A stretch of 64,000 nt of DNA from Diplonema japonicum (Eukaryota; Protista; Euglenozoa: Diplonemea), in contig OZ025649.1 of NCBI GenBank assembly GCA_964019335.1, positions 62,001 to 126,000 of the forward strand. The letters run 5' to 3'. Numbering within the stretch: position 1 is the first letter of the stretch; every line of letters begins with the position of its first letter. Made by a program: the position numbers and the translations under genes. Shown piece by piece: positions 45,816 to 56,487 of this stretch. The notes below the pieces were generated by a model. That model searched no databases. It was not told the DNA's origin and worked only from the letters and a program-made list of their open reading frames with translations.

Positions 45816-48800
45816 ATGTCATTGCGAGCAGGCGATGTGCTGCTGTCCCCCGAAGTGGTAGGACACATCGTTACATGGCTGCCTGTTAAGGACGTCAAGG
45901 TGTGCGAGCTGACGTGTAAACAAAGCAACGTGGTTAGAGGGCAGCACGGGGCATGGGGTGAGCTTCTGTCAAGGGACGAAGCGCTTGTTGGTGAGTCAAG
46001 TTGGTACTCAAAAAACGTGCTTGTTCCACACGATGCGTACCTCTACCGAAGAACAGGCAAAGTGCCTCCCATGTGGTGGGCACACACTATCGCTAGTACA
46101 GCAGGCGTCTTTTGGCGCAATCTGACCCACACCACCCTGCTCACAAGGCTCTTCTGGCGCCAGACCAATCCCTACGCCCCTGGCACACCCAGCCTTTCAG
46201 ACAACCCTAGAAACCTTCGTCGTATGACTCTAACCCAAAAGATTTCGGGTGTCCCCTTACTTCTTATTGCCCTCCCTTTCATACTCCTCTACAATGTTGG
46301 TGTCACTCTCTCGAAACATCTTAAATCTGCAGCGGACGGGCTGTGTTCTAAAGCGAAAACTCTGCACACGAGTGCAACTACAACATACCACAAAGCATGC
46401 ACTGCTGTTATGGCGCGCTACCAAGCCTATGCCGCAGAGCCCAGTATCAGGTTTAAGACGGCTGCAGCACGGTACTTCAGATTGCTGAAGGCAAAACTGG
46501 CCTCCATTTGTGATAACATCAAAGTGCGTGTTCGCAAGGTGAAAGATAGGGGTTTGGAGGCCTTCCAGGAATATGTAAAGAGCCCGTTGCAAAGAGGCAT
46601 GTCCCATGTTCGCAAGACAGGCGCTGCTTGTCAGGCGAAGAACAAAGCGCTGTTTGGTGTGGTACGCAGTGCAGTCAGAAACTACCACCAGACCTATATC
46701 GGAAGGCCCTGTGCTAGGTTCAGCGCAGCAGTAACACAGATGAAAGTAAAACTGGTCTCCGTTTGTGACGCCCTCAAGGCGCGTGTTAGCAAGGTGAAAG
46801 ATAAGGGATTGGAAACCTTTCAGAATTACGTAAAGAGCCCGATGCGAAGAGGCATGTCCCATGTTCGCAAGACAGGCGCTGCTTGTCAGGCGAAGAGCAT
46901 AGCACTGTTTGGTGTAGTAAAGGCCAACCTGAAAGCGCTTGGTGTGATACTCATTCGCTTTCGGGTGAAGGCAGTTGTGAAGTTTTCAGCTGTGTGGCAT
47001 GAAATCAAGATAATCGGAGGCAAGTGCTTGGTTGTACTTGAGAAGATAGCACGTGTTGTGAACCAACGAGTGTTTGAGCCATTTGTGAAGCAACCCTTCA
47101 AGATGGCTGAGGAGCGCGTGCGGTGGGCAGCACTTCGTTTGGGTCTCAAGGTGAAGACGCTCAGCAAGAAGGCGATCAAGTCCTTCAAAACCGCAGGAGT
47201 GGTATACTTTGCGAAACTCAAAGAACCCCTTCGTAGCACATGCACAGACATCGAACATCGGTGCACGAAGGCAAAGATGTGGTTGCAAAGCAAGTGGTGC
47301 GCCGCACATGGGGCTCGACGCCTACTTGAGACGTTCGCTACTTGGAAAATCAGAATGACCACTTTCTACAAGAACCATGTGTTGGATAAATTCCTTCGCC
47401 TCAAAAATAGGATCTCACAAATGTGTGGCAACTACGTCACGCAGCCTTGCAAGAGGTGCAAGGAGGCACTTGTTAAAAAGTGGGATTTACTTTGTGAGAA
47501 GCTAAGCATTGCATACAACATAGTGCGCAATGCAGCCAGAAACTACTACCGGACCTATATCGGAGGGCCCTGTGCTAGGTTCAGCGCAGCAGTAACACGG
47601 ATGAAGGTAAAACTGGTCTCCGTTTGTGACGCCATCAAGGCACGTGTTAGCAGAGTGAAAGATAAGGGATTGGAAACCTTCCAGAAATACGTAAAGATCC
47701 CGCTGCAAAGAGGCATGTCCCGTGTTGGTAAGGTACGCGCTGCTTGTCAGGCGAAGAGCGAAGCCGAGTTTGGTGTAGTAAAGGCCAACCTGAAGGTGCT
47801 TGGTAAGATCCTCATGCGATTAAAGAAGAAGGCAGCTGTGAAGTTTTCAGCTGTGTGGCATGTAGTCAAAGTTATCGGAGGCAAGTGTTTAGTTGTACTT
47901 GAGAAGACAGAACGTGTTGTGAACCATGTGGCCGGCGCTGTGGTGTGGGAACTGCGTAACAAGAAGGTCATCATGTTCGTTAGAATCCAGGAAACCTGTG
48001 AACAAACCCGCGAAAGCGCAAGGAAGCTGAAGCGTCGCAGCTACTTGTGGTACTACAACGAGCAGGCACTATGCATTGAAGAGGCTGTTCATCTCGAGCA
48101 CTACAACCTAGGCCACATAGGGGGTTTACTTAAGGTGTCACTGAAGGGCACGTATGCACAACTCAAGGGACTTGATATGGGCGTTATGCCCAACGGTCCT
48201 CTACCTGTCATAGTCTTCGACCGCTCTGCGAGCATGGGGCTGTGGTGCCACGCTGCTCTGAAGAACGCGCTGCCCCAAGCATTCTCCGAACTTGGCTACG
48301 CACCCTCCCAGAGGGTTATAGTTCTTGCCTTCAACAGCGCCCTGGAGGTTTACGACACACGCCTCTCACAGCTCGCTAACCTTAACATCACAGCACAAGG
48401 TGGGACTTGTATTTTCGATGCACTGCAGTACCTGACCCGCATCATCGCCAACCACGACGATCTGAAGACCCCGCTCAATGTACTGGTTGTGTCTGACGGG
48501 CAGGTAGCTGACAAGGATAGGGCTGTTGCCTACACACGTGACACTGTCTCTGCTAACTGTGACCGCAGTGTGAATGTGGGCCTGCTACGCATCAAAACAC
48601 GCGACGACGACAACCCCGACACTCGCGCGATGGCGTGCATAGGTGCCTTCAGCACCACGGGCAGGACAGGAGTCATCGACGTGGACTTGCGTGACGAACT
48701 GCCAGGCAGTGAGCACGGTGTCGCCCTCGTCCGCAGAGCTGTCGTGGGGTCTCTCAAGCACAGCTCGGCAATGTCTACCACACTCACCGTGGATGGTGGG

Positions 48801-51083
48801 GCGGCGCCGTTACCGTCCGTTAACGCACAGAAAACAATCACTGTAAGCACCGCACATGCGAGTTATGTGTATGTTGCACAGAGCAGCATGACAGAGGCCA
48901 CAGTTGGTGGCATCGTATGCAGTGTCCAAGAAATGGGAAGGCCCCACACTGAGGAAGTGCTGCATGGGTCATTGGAATGTCTGGAGAACCAACTCAAGAT
49001 ATGGCAGGTTGTGGGGATATGCGATGACCGTACCATTGTCAACGAAGTGCAGCAGAGGATCGTGAAATGGCTCATGGCGCTGAAGCAGATCATGTACGAG
49101 ACCCCTGCAGAGGAGCTGCGTGTGAGCACCAGGGACAGAGTGAAGAAGCTGTTGACCGAGTACGAAAAGCGAAAGAAGTCTGTCTGCGTTAGGCTTTTAC
49201 AAATGTCGACTGCTGACTGTGTCTCAGCGTTAAACAGCGCACAACAAGCTGACTATTTGCGAACGTCTGTGACAAAGCAAACGAAGAAGCTCGCCTGCAG
49301 GGCAAAACACAAGGATGAGGAGCTCGGCTTCGACGACCTGTGCAAGAGGGTCGTATCCAACGTGTTGGCGCTGGAGTTTCCAGAGGAAGATAGGGCAGAG
49401 GACGTGTCGTTCTATTCGCAAACGTCGATGTGTGAGGTGCTGCAGGCAGTGGAGGAGGTCGTGCACGTGGCTGACGACATTCTTTCAGACGACCTTCTGA
49501 AGATCGTTGGTGGGCTGGGTGTTCCATACTGTGCCCACGTCGCTGAGTACCCTGACCCTTGGCGCTACCGCATCACAGAGATGTACACAGGCATGCTCAT
49601 CAACGAGTCGGATCTGTGGACGGCACACAGGCAGGGCGGCGGTGTTCCCCTTGAGTGCCCAGGAAGACAAGGCTCCTTAATCACGGGAGTAATTCCTCTA
49701 AACAAAGGAAAGGCTATGGAGTTTTATAATCGCAAGATGACGGACCTAGCAGAGCTTCAGGCAGCAGTCTGCATGAGGAGGAAGATGGCTAGAGTGTCGG
49801 GAGACATCATCGCAAGAGAAGCAGCTGGGGTGCTGTACTGCGTGGAGCAAATGGGCATCGCAGGGGCCCGTCATACCAATGAGCTCGAGGTTACTGCTGA
49901 CCTGATGAACAGCATGGCGCACAAGCTGCACCACAGCACTGCACTGACAGACCTCACTTTGCGCCTGCGGAGCGCAGCTGACATCAGGACTCTCCTAATT
50001 GGGATAAATGACATATCGGGTATCCTGAAGCCTGCGATGTGCCTCATAAGGGGGTGCATCGAGAGAAGCAGGCCACAGGACAGGATGACGGCAGCGCACA
50101 GCAGAGCCTTGTACGAGTTCGGTAGTTACCACGCAGCGAGGGAAGCCTTCCACGGGCTTGCAAGCAGGGAGCAGGAGCTACATCGAGTGCTGGATATTAA
50201 CTTCTACGCAGAGAACGAGTTGCGTGTTGACCATCTGAAGCAGTACGTGGGACAGCTTCAATGGGTCCCGAACATGGAACATGTGGCTGCTTTGTTCAGG
50301 GCTGCGAGGTTACCCCCTCTGGTGACGCCTGATAGGCTTGTGTCTCTGCCGTCCGTCACTCTGCACGAGACCTTCGGGTTTGAGGAGGGCTTCGACATGG
50401 ACACCTACAAGGCAGGTGTGGTGGTCATGAGCCTCATGAGCGCAAAGGAACAGGACCGCGTGAAGGATAACGTCTGCTTGACCCCCCAGTTCACAGACAT
50501 GGCCGACGTGTGGAGGTACTTGACTGACGTGAGGAGCAAGATCTTCAAGAAGCACAAGGACGAGGCAGAGCGCCGCCTGATAGAAACGCTGAGGAACAAA
50601 GCCAGCAACGCAAAGCTGATAGAGATGGTGAAGTGCTCCGTGGCAAGCTTTGCTGAATTGTTGCAAACAGACGCGAAGCGCGAAGAGCTCCCGCGGCTGT
50701 TGAGGATGCTGGCAGGCAAGAACGCCAACGTTGTGGCGCACGGAGTACAGAAGCTACACATCCTGCTGACGGGGGTGGACAGTGAGGGGAAGGCATACGG
50801 CATCACGCCCTGCAGGCATATCATGAAACACAAGAACAGTGCAGTGCGCTTGGCATCAAAGGAGTACTGGGAAGACCTCCTCAAGACACACAGCGTGCAG
50901 ATCATGAAGGGCTACAGGTACAGGCAGGACACCCCCAACAGGCACTCCCATGGGAATGACAAAATGTCCTTCTGGGCCTTGGGTTACCCATCACTGGATG
51001 TGATGCAGGAGCTTAACCCAGCTGGCTATAAAGAATACGTTACTGCTCATACCGACTGCTGCGGCTTCCGCAGGAGGTCGTGA
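45816..51083 (+). CDS. F-box-like / basic amphipathic repeat / von Willebrand factor A domain protein
   Basis: LLSPEVVGHIVTWLPVKDVKVCELTCK (F-box-like). MIDAS VIVFDRSASM, GGTCIFDAL, VLVVSDGQ. Lys/Arg-rich duplicated helical region. ATG follows CCCACAG. Confidence 0.75.
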   Translation: MSLRAGDVLLSPEVVGHIVTWLPVKDVKVCELTCKQSNVVRGQHGAWGELLSRDEALVGESSWYSKNVLVPHDAYLYRRTGKVPPMWWAHTIASTAGVFWRNLTHTTLLTRLFWRQTNPYAPGTPSLSDNPRNLRRMTLTQKISGVPLLLIALPFILLYNVGVTLSKHLKSAADGLCSKAKTLHTSATTTYHKACTAVMARYQAYAAEPSIRFKTAAARYFRLLKAKLASICDNIKVRVRKVKDRGLEAFQEYVKSPLQRGMSHVRKTGAACQAKNKALFGVVRSAVRNYHQTYIGRPCARFSAAVTQMKVKLVSVCDALKARVSKVKDKGLETFQNYVKSPMRRGMSHVRKTGAACQAKSIALFGVVKANLKALGVILIRFRVKAVVKFSAVWHEIKIIGGKCLVVLEKIARVVNQRVFEPFVKQPFKMAEERVRWAALRLGLKVKTLSKKAIKSFKTAGVVYFAKLKEPLRSTCTDIEHRCTKAKMWLQSKWCAAHGARRLLETFATWKIRMTTFYKNHVLDKFLRLKNRISQMCGNYVTQPCKRCKEALVKKWDLLCEKLSIAYNIVRNAARNYYRTYIGGPCARFSAAVTRMKVKLVSVCDAIKARVSRVKDKGLETFQKYVKIPLQRGMSRVGKVRAACQAKSEAEFGVVKANLKVLGKILMRLKKKAAVKFSAVWHVVKVIGGKCLVVLEKTERVVNHVAGAVVWELRNKKVIMFVRIQETCEQTRESARKLKRRSYLWYYNEQALCIEEAVHLEHYNLGHIGGLLKVSLKGTYAQLKGLDMGVMPNGPLPVIVFDRSASMGLWCHAALKNALPQAFSELGYAPSQRVIVLAFNSALEVYDTRLSQLANLNITAQGGTCIFDALQYLTRIIANHDDLKTPLNVLVVSDGQVADKDRAVAYTRDTVSANCDRSVNVGLLRIKTRDDDNPDTRAMACIGAFSTTGRTGVIDVDLRDELPGSEHGVALVRRAVVGSLKHSSAMSTTLTVDGGAAPLPSVNAQKTITVSTAHASYVYVAQSSMTEATVGGIVCSVQEMGRPHTEEVLHGSLECLENQLKIWQVVGICDDRTIVNEVQQRIVKWLMALKQIMYETPAEELRVSTRDRVKKLLTEYEKRKKSVCVRLLQMSTADCVSALNSAQQADYLRTSVTKQTKKLACRAKHKDEELGFDDLCKRVVSNVLALEFPEEDRAEDVSFYSQTSMCEVLQAVEEVVHVADDILSDDLLKIVGGLGVPYCAHVAEYPDPWRYRITEMYTGMLINESDLWTAHRQGGGVPLECPGRQGSLITGVIPLNKGKAMEFYNRKMTDLAELQAAVCMRRKMARVSGDIIAREAAGVLYCVEQMGIAGARHTNELEVTADLMNSMAHKLHHSTALTDLTLRLRSAADIRTLLIGINDISGILKPAMCLIRGCIERSRPQDRMTAAHSRALYEFGSYHAAREAFHGLASREQELHRVLDINFYAENELRVDHLKQYVGQLQWVPNMEHVAALFRAARLPPLVTPDRLVSLPSVTLHETFGFEEGFDMDTYKAGVVVMSLMSAKEQDRVKDNVCLTPQFTDMADVWRYLTDVRSKIFKKHKDEAERRLIETLRNKASNAKLIEMVKCSVASFAELLQTDAKREELPRLLRMLAGKNANVVAHGVQKLHILLTGVDSEGKAYGITPCRHIMKHKNSAVRLASKEYWEDLLKTHSVQIMKGYRYRQDTPNRHSHGNDKMSFWALGYPSLDVMQELNPAGYKEYVTAHTDCCGFRRRS
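46666..47925 (+). repeat. Intragenic ~400-nt direct duplication (~46666-47065 vs ~47526-47925) plus a shorter third partial copy from ~46480
   Basis: Near-identical DNA encoding RNY..TYIG.PCARFSAAVT.MKVKLVSVCDA..GGKCLVVLEK..RVVN. Confidence 0.85.
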
Positions 51084-51247
51084 GGGATCCCCTCCCTCCC
51101 CCTTTTTTTTATCTTCCTCTCTCTTTATGTTTGATTTTTGAACATATGCCGCCCCTTTACACCTTTCTCTTAACAAAACTACTCAATTTCGTAGGAGTAA
51201 CAAAAAAAGAAAAAAAAAGAGCAGTGTGCCACGTGCACAAACAAATA

Positions 51248-51293
<46 letters not shown>

Positions 51294-51448
51294 CAATCTT
51301 TTTAACCTCAATGAGCCTCCCTAGCATTGGTTCTTGGGGTGGGGGGGTATTTTTTTTTTAATATCTCCTTCCTCGAATTGTTCTCTCCCTTAGCTATTTG
51401 GCATTTGCAACAACAGCGTCCTGCTGATGAAACGCACGACAGGTAGAC

Positions 51449-51829
51449 ATGGAGACACTCCTGGAGTTGTCGGACTCGAAGTGCAGCGCGCTGCTTGCGT
51501 TGATCTCGGCACACGGGGCGGCTGATGAAACATTTGCAACATATGCTGCTGCAGCACAGGGCGTGGACAGGACTGCCTTCAGAAGGAGGACCTCACGGTT
51601 TGAGCCAGTGTTTGAGTTTGCCACGCTACCTGTGTTCCAAGGTGGTTTCTCTAGGGTGAGAATGAAGATGCGCAAAGCAAACGCAACCACCAGGAGCATG
51701 CCCGTGCTGAAGGCGTTAAACCCACAGGTGCTGGGCATCGTGTCCTTCTCTGCACCCTCTTCACCTCCTCAAGCAAGCAACTCGGCCTTGTACGTGCGCA
51801 GGGCGAGCCACAATGAAAACAACGATTGA
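51449..51829 (+). CDS. Hypothetical protein (126 aa)
   Basis: Coding-like GC-rich island between homopolymer-rich spacers, same strand as its neighbours; no motif recognised. Confidence 0.5.
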   Translation: METLLELSDSKCSALLALISAHGAADETFATYAAAAQGVDRTAFRRRTSRFEPVFEFATLPVFQGGFSRVRMKMRKANATTRSMPVLKALNPQVLGIVSFSAPSSPPQASNSALYVRRASHNENND

Positions 51830-52648
51830 AACATTTTAAAAAAGAAAAAAAAGAATGGAAAAAGAAAATAAATATTCCCTAGCCCCAATGCGCAGTCGAA
51901 ATGGCATCTTCCCTCCTTTTTTTTTTTTTTTTTTATATGTTTCTCACCCTCCTTGTTTTTCTTTTCTTTTTTTTTTCTTCTTATCATTGATGAACGGGAA
52001 AGTGCGGAAGGGGGGGAGAAGAAGAAGAAAAAACTGCAGAGGGACGAAAAAAAAAATCTGATTTCCGTCAGAATTCTTTTTTTCTTCTCCTGCTTGGAAA
52101 AAAAAAAAAAAAAAAAAAAAAAATTCCCACGAAGAAAAAGCTGCCACTTATCCGCCACGCCACTAGACCCTAGACCCTGACAAGGGCCGCAGCATCATAC
52201 AACGTCTTTCTTTTTTTTTTTTCTTTTCTCTTCAAGCAGAAGTCTACTTTCCATGGCATTGGGAAGACAGACACCTTTTAACCCTTCTTTTTCTCTCTTT
52301 TTAGAACAAAAGTGTGGCCTATGTAGCAGAAGAACCGAAATACTGCCTTATTCCCCCTGACTGGGTTTTTATTGCTCCTCATGAACAGACAACCTCCCGA
52401 CTCCGACTTTTTTTTTTTTTTTTTTCCAGTTTTTGAGTGAACACCGCAAGTCCTACTCTACTCTACTTGTAATTGTGAATCATCGAAACGAAATTATTCT
52501 TCCCATCAAATCTTTAACTCATTCCTGTTCCCCCCCCCCCTTTTTTTCCCGTTCCTTTTCTCATTGCCTCTATCTCTTTAGTGTTCCAAGTTTGGTCTGA
52601 TTTTGTTTTCTTCTTTTTTTTTTGCTTCTTAAACCACTAGAGAGACAG

Positions 52649-52679
<31 letters not shown>

Positions 52680-52828
52680 CATCCCATTGCAATTTTTATT
52701 TTATTCTATTTTTTTTTAAAGGCAGTGAGCTCCTTTCCCCGCACACTGAGAAGAGATTTATCGAGTTTTTTTTTTTTTAATTCCCCATTTTACCACCTTT
52801 TTTTTTTAAAGAAAAACTTTTGAGGGAA

Positions 52829-52868
<40 letters not shown>

Positions 52869-52936
52869 AAACACCAAAAAGGGAGGCGGGGAAAAAAGAA
52901 AGAAGAAAGAAACTGAAGTATCTGCCCCTCATAGCG

Positions 52937-54028
52937 ATGGGTGTGGGGACTCTTCTGGCGACACTGCTGAACCCGTCTTCCTTAGGGGAGATGGATGCCG
53001 ATAGTATTTTGAGGAGGGAAGTGGAAACACACATTAGAGTGCTTTCCGGAGAGCTCAATGGGTTCAAGATGATGTCAGCCAACGACAAGGACGCCCTAGG
53101 GGACTTGTACACCAGAAGGAACGCAGACATCGACCGTGCCATAACAGATGTACAAAACTTCTTCCGCCTCTTCAAGAACCGCCATCCTGTCAGGGAGGTT
53201 ATGCGCATAGACAGAGTGACGCTAGGCCATGCGACCTCCATGGGGTACTGCAACATGCATGACTTGCTAATACAGTTCGTGCGTGACTGGGGGACCGATA
53301 ATGACAACGTAAGACGCTCGCACCACGACATTGTGCTTGCGGAGCTAAAGGAGCAGATCAAAGCCAAGCAGCTTAAAAACCCTGCAAACCCGCAGACGAA
53401 CTCTATCCTCATCCCTGGGGACGCGTTGTGCAGGATGTCGTGGGACGTCAGCATGCTGAATGCTTTCCAAGACATCGAGTCGAACGAAGCGTCGCCCCTC
53501 TTCGCAGAGATGGCCTACTTCATGGTCAACTGTGTCGAAGCGCCCTTTGAAGTCATGCCGCATGCTGGTGTTTTTAGTAATCAAGAAACCGTCGCAGGGC
53601 ACTGCCGTCGTGTCATGGTGCCCGGCCCCATGCCATCAGCCCCCCCTCGTGGGCCATTCACCATGACCGTCGGTGCCTTCGAGCAGCTCTACTCAGTTGG
53701 TAGTCCGCGTTATAGACAGTTCGACTTCCTTATCACAAGCTTCTTTCTGGACACGATCCCAGGCCCTGTCACCACCGCCCTCACCATCATATCCAACCTG
53801 CTTGCCCCCAACGGTGTCTGGATCAACTACGGCCCCCTTCTCTATAGGAGCGACTCTTATCCCAAGCTCTCTTGGGAGGAGATCACCGCCCTCCTGCCCT
53901 CGCGCAACCTCACCCTGTTGAAATCTGAACAGACCCTTCATGCAGAGTACTGCGAGAGGACTGAAACCTCGCTGCACCCTACTATTTACAACCCTCGCCT
54001 TCTTGTAGCTATGAAGAATTCGGAGTGA
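52937..54028 (+). CDS. N2227-like / carnosine N-methyltransferase (CARNMT1)-family protein
   Basis: QFVRDWG, ILIPGDALCRMSWD, SNEAS, MTVGAFEQLY, FDFLITSFFLDT, GVWINYGPLLY, LSWEEI. The track's poly-Lys N-terminus is intergenic poly-A. Confidence 0.82.
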   Translation: MGVGTLLATLLNPSSLGEMDADSILRREVETHIRVLSGELNGFKMMSANDKDALGDLYTRRNADIDRAITDVQNFFRLFKNRHPVREVMRIDRVTLGHATSMGYCNMHDLLIQFVRDWGTDNDNVRRSHHDIVLAELKEQIKAKQLKNPANPQTNSILIPGDALCRMSWDVSMLNAFQDIESNEASPLFAEMAYFMVNCVEAPFEVMPHAGVFSNQETVAGHCRRVMVPGPMPSAPPRGPFTMTVGAFEQLYSVGSPRYRQFDFLITSFFLDTIPGPVTTALTIISNLLAPNGVWINYGPLLYRSDSYPKLSWEEITALLPSRNLTLLKSEQTLHAEYCERTETSLHPTIYNPRLLVAMKNSE

Positions 54029-54129
54029 GCAACCAAAAAGGCCGTCTGGTACTCGAAGGGGGTCTTTTCCATAGTTTACGATAAATCAACTTTATTCTCA
54101 TGCTCCTTATCAAAACCAGTACAGGTGGG

Positions 54130-55605
54130 ATGTTCCCCGGGATCAGCCCCGCCAGGTCAGTTGACAGCTTCAGGGGGTCCCGGTTGGAAGGCTCAGGTGT
54201 AAAGCTACCGAAGGTGTGGCGAGGGCGAACGAAACTGAAAGATGACGATGAGTTTTACACACCGGACTTAATGCGAAAGGAGGTGAAGGATGTGGAGCGG
54301 TACCTTAAGGCCCGTCAGTGTGGGGGGGTTCTGAACAAGCCTGGGATACCTAATGTTGTGCACACACTGTTTCACAAAATGCTATGCAAAGAGACCGCCC
54401 TGTACAGGGACCTGCGGGAGTACAACTTTGTGGATATCGAAAAGCGCCTCAATGCCGCCATAGGAGGGTCGTGGATGTCTCGAGAGCAGTTCCCGGAGGT
54501 GCTTCAAGGGATGTTCCCGCGCATCACAGTGAACCCCAGTGACTGCGAGGTGCTCTTCGACCTCATCGACGGCGACAGGAATGGCGATGTTGGTGTGGAA
54601 GAAGTCTCGAACGGGCTGCTGCTGCTGCTCTCGAACGACAGACACACACTACTGCAGAGGTGCAGGAACATCGTGTCGCAACGACAGCAGTCCGCGAAGC
54701 TTGTCTACCTCAGTCGCTACGAGCTCGTCCTGCTCGCGAGCGCCCTCCTGGATGTGTACAAGGACGACGTGGAGTGGCCTCTCATCAAGCGGGAGATAGA
54801 CGCCATGATCTATGCCTTTGAGTTCACTCTTCGCGGCCGGATACAGCTAGATGTCTTCCAGTCGTACATGGAAGCCCACGACACCCTGAAGGTGCTGATG
54901 TACGAGTCGCCTGACGTGCACCACGTGAAGCACGCCGACCTCACAGCAGTCACCATCTTCGAGAAGACAGCCAGTGAGGACGACCAGGAGCGCCACTTTG
55001 CTTCGAGGAACAACGTAAAAAGCGCGCCCCGCCTTGTGGACGCGTACCTTGTTGATGACTCTGAAGTGCAGAAAACGATCCAGCTCCCGCAGGACAAACG
55101 AACCCCCGTTGAGGGCCTCCGTTGGGATGATTGGGACAAGTGCTACCTCCTCGAGGAGAATTCAGACGGCACAGTGCTGGTGGAGTGGATGTGCGGGGGC
55201 ATCAGCACGATTCCCAAAGAAGGGCTGCGGCAACCGAAGATACCAAAGCGCCAGTCGAGGAGCGACAGCTCGCTTATTAGCAGTACTTTGATGCAATTCA
55301 TCGGCGCTGGGCAGCGTGCGAAGGAACGGAAGACACTCACGCCCCCTCTCTCACCGTTGATGTCCCCGCAAACGCCTCTAACCCCTCACACCCCTTCGAA
55401 GGTTTCAGCTTACGTCTTCAGGCGGCATAAACTGAACCCAGTACCACCCCTCAAGGATCGTCTTATGAACGCTGCCATGTTGTCGAATGGCAACGTAAGC
55501 CACCCTTCGCTGAAGCCGCTGAGTGTGTTCAAACATGCTTTCGCATCTAGAACAGTAGCTAGGCTGACCAAGATGTCGAAGCGTAAGTCACAAATGCCTG
55601 TTTAG
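54130..55605 (+). CDS. EF-hand calcium-binding domain protein
   Basis: LFDLIDGDRNGDVGVEEV EF loop within a recoverin/calcineurin-B-like helical region; ATG follows ACAG. Confidence 0.7.
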   Translation: MFPGISPARSVDSFRGSRLEGSGVKLPKVWRGRTKLKDDDEFYTPDLMRKEVKDVERYLKARQCGGVLNKPGIPNVVHTLFHKMLCKETALYRDLREYNFVDIEKRLNAAIGGSWMSREQFPEVLQGMFPRITVNPSDCEVLFDLIDGDRNGDVGVEEVSNGLLLLLSNDRHTLLQRCRNIVSQRQQSAKLVYLSRYELVLLASALLDVYKDDVEWPLIKREIDAMIYAFEFTLRGRIQLDVFQSYMEAHDTLKVLMYESPDVHHVKHADLTAVTIFEKTASEDDQERHFASRNNVKSAPRLVDAYLVDDSEVQKTIQLPQDKRTPVEGLRWDDWDKCYLLEENSDGTVLVEWMCGGISTIPKEGLRQPKIPKRQSRSDSSLISSTLMQFIGAGQRAKERKTLTPPLSPLMSPQTPLTPHTPSKVSAYVFRRHKLNPVPPLKDRLMNAAMLSNGNVSHPSLKPLSVFKHAFASRTVARLTKMSKRKSQMPV

Positions 55606-55749
55606 GCCTCTCGTCATTTCTATGGCGATCAATTACCCCCATTCTTTTTTTTTCCTCCTGCCATTGCTACCTCGTTCTCTCTCCTTCCTCTCTTCTTTTT
55701 TTTTCCCCTCCCTGCTTTCTTTTTTCTTCTCACACCACAACCAGAGTAA

Positions 55750-56149
55750 ATGGCAGGATCAAGCCTACTCGCTTCCGGCATTCTGTTGCTGGGATTGGTA
55801 TGCAACACGGAGGGTGGACCACCTGGTGTTATTGCGTACGATGATAGGAATTTGAGGGAAAGGATCTACTTTAAATATGTCAATGTGAGGGTATGCATGG
55901 TGATATTTTGTGTTTGGTATGCAAATTTCACCACAGAAGCGCAATGACATGGACGATGGGAACCAGACGGAGAAGTGGATTCTAATCATCATGGGTTTCA
56001 TTACATGTGTCTGCTTTCTGCTGACATTGTGTTATTCAGTTGCTACAAGAGGGAGAGGCAAGTTCACCAAACCTGACATCCCTTACCTCCCCGAACAGTT
56101 TATTGAAATGGAGCGGAACCATGCTAAGATAGCAAGTGGTGGTGCGTGA
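55750..56149 (+). CDS. Small type I membrane protein, join(55750..55890,55937..56149), 117 aa
   Basis: Signal peptide MAGSSLLASGILLLGLVC and TM WILIIMGFITCVCFLLTLCYSV, joined by a 46-nt GTATG..CCACAG intron. Confidence 0.75.
55891..55936 (+). other. Micro-intron (46 nt)
   Basis: AGG|GTATG...CACCACAG; joins two ORFs in frame. Confidence 0.8.
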
Positions 56150-56487
56150 AGGATTTTAAAAAAGAAAGAAGGAGAAAAAAAAAAGAATAGAAACCAGCAG
56201 TACGAAGAAATGAAATGGAAAATAAAAAAATAAAAATAAAAAAAGAGGACTTCTGCTTCCCTTCGCCCTCCCCCCCCCCCCCTTCCTGACTGTTATATTA
56301 TTATGTTTTTTTTTTCAAAAGGAAACTTTCTTTTTTTAAAAAAGGGAAGAGAACAAAAAGGGGACCCCCCCCCCCTCACACACTTTTTATTTATTTGTTG
56401 TTTGTTTTGTTGTTCAGTTAGTTATTTTCTTTTTTGCGGGTTTGTGTCCACCCCCACCCCACAAACAAACAAACCAAGTGGCGCGCC

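Noticed and set aside
51989-52061. TGATGA...CTGA resembling a C/D-box snoRNA
   Set aside because: The interior is low-complexity purine sequence with no recognisable guide or convincing terminal stem.
51855-52936. Poly-Lys/poly-Phe ORFs (also 51080-51361, 57114-57485, 62721-62909) and the poly-Lys N-terminus of ORF 52820
   Set aside because: They are translations of intergenic A/T homopolymers.
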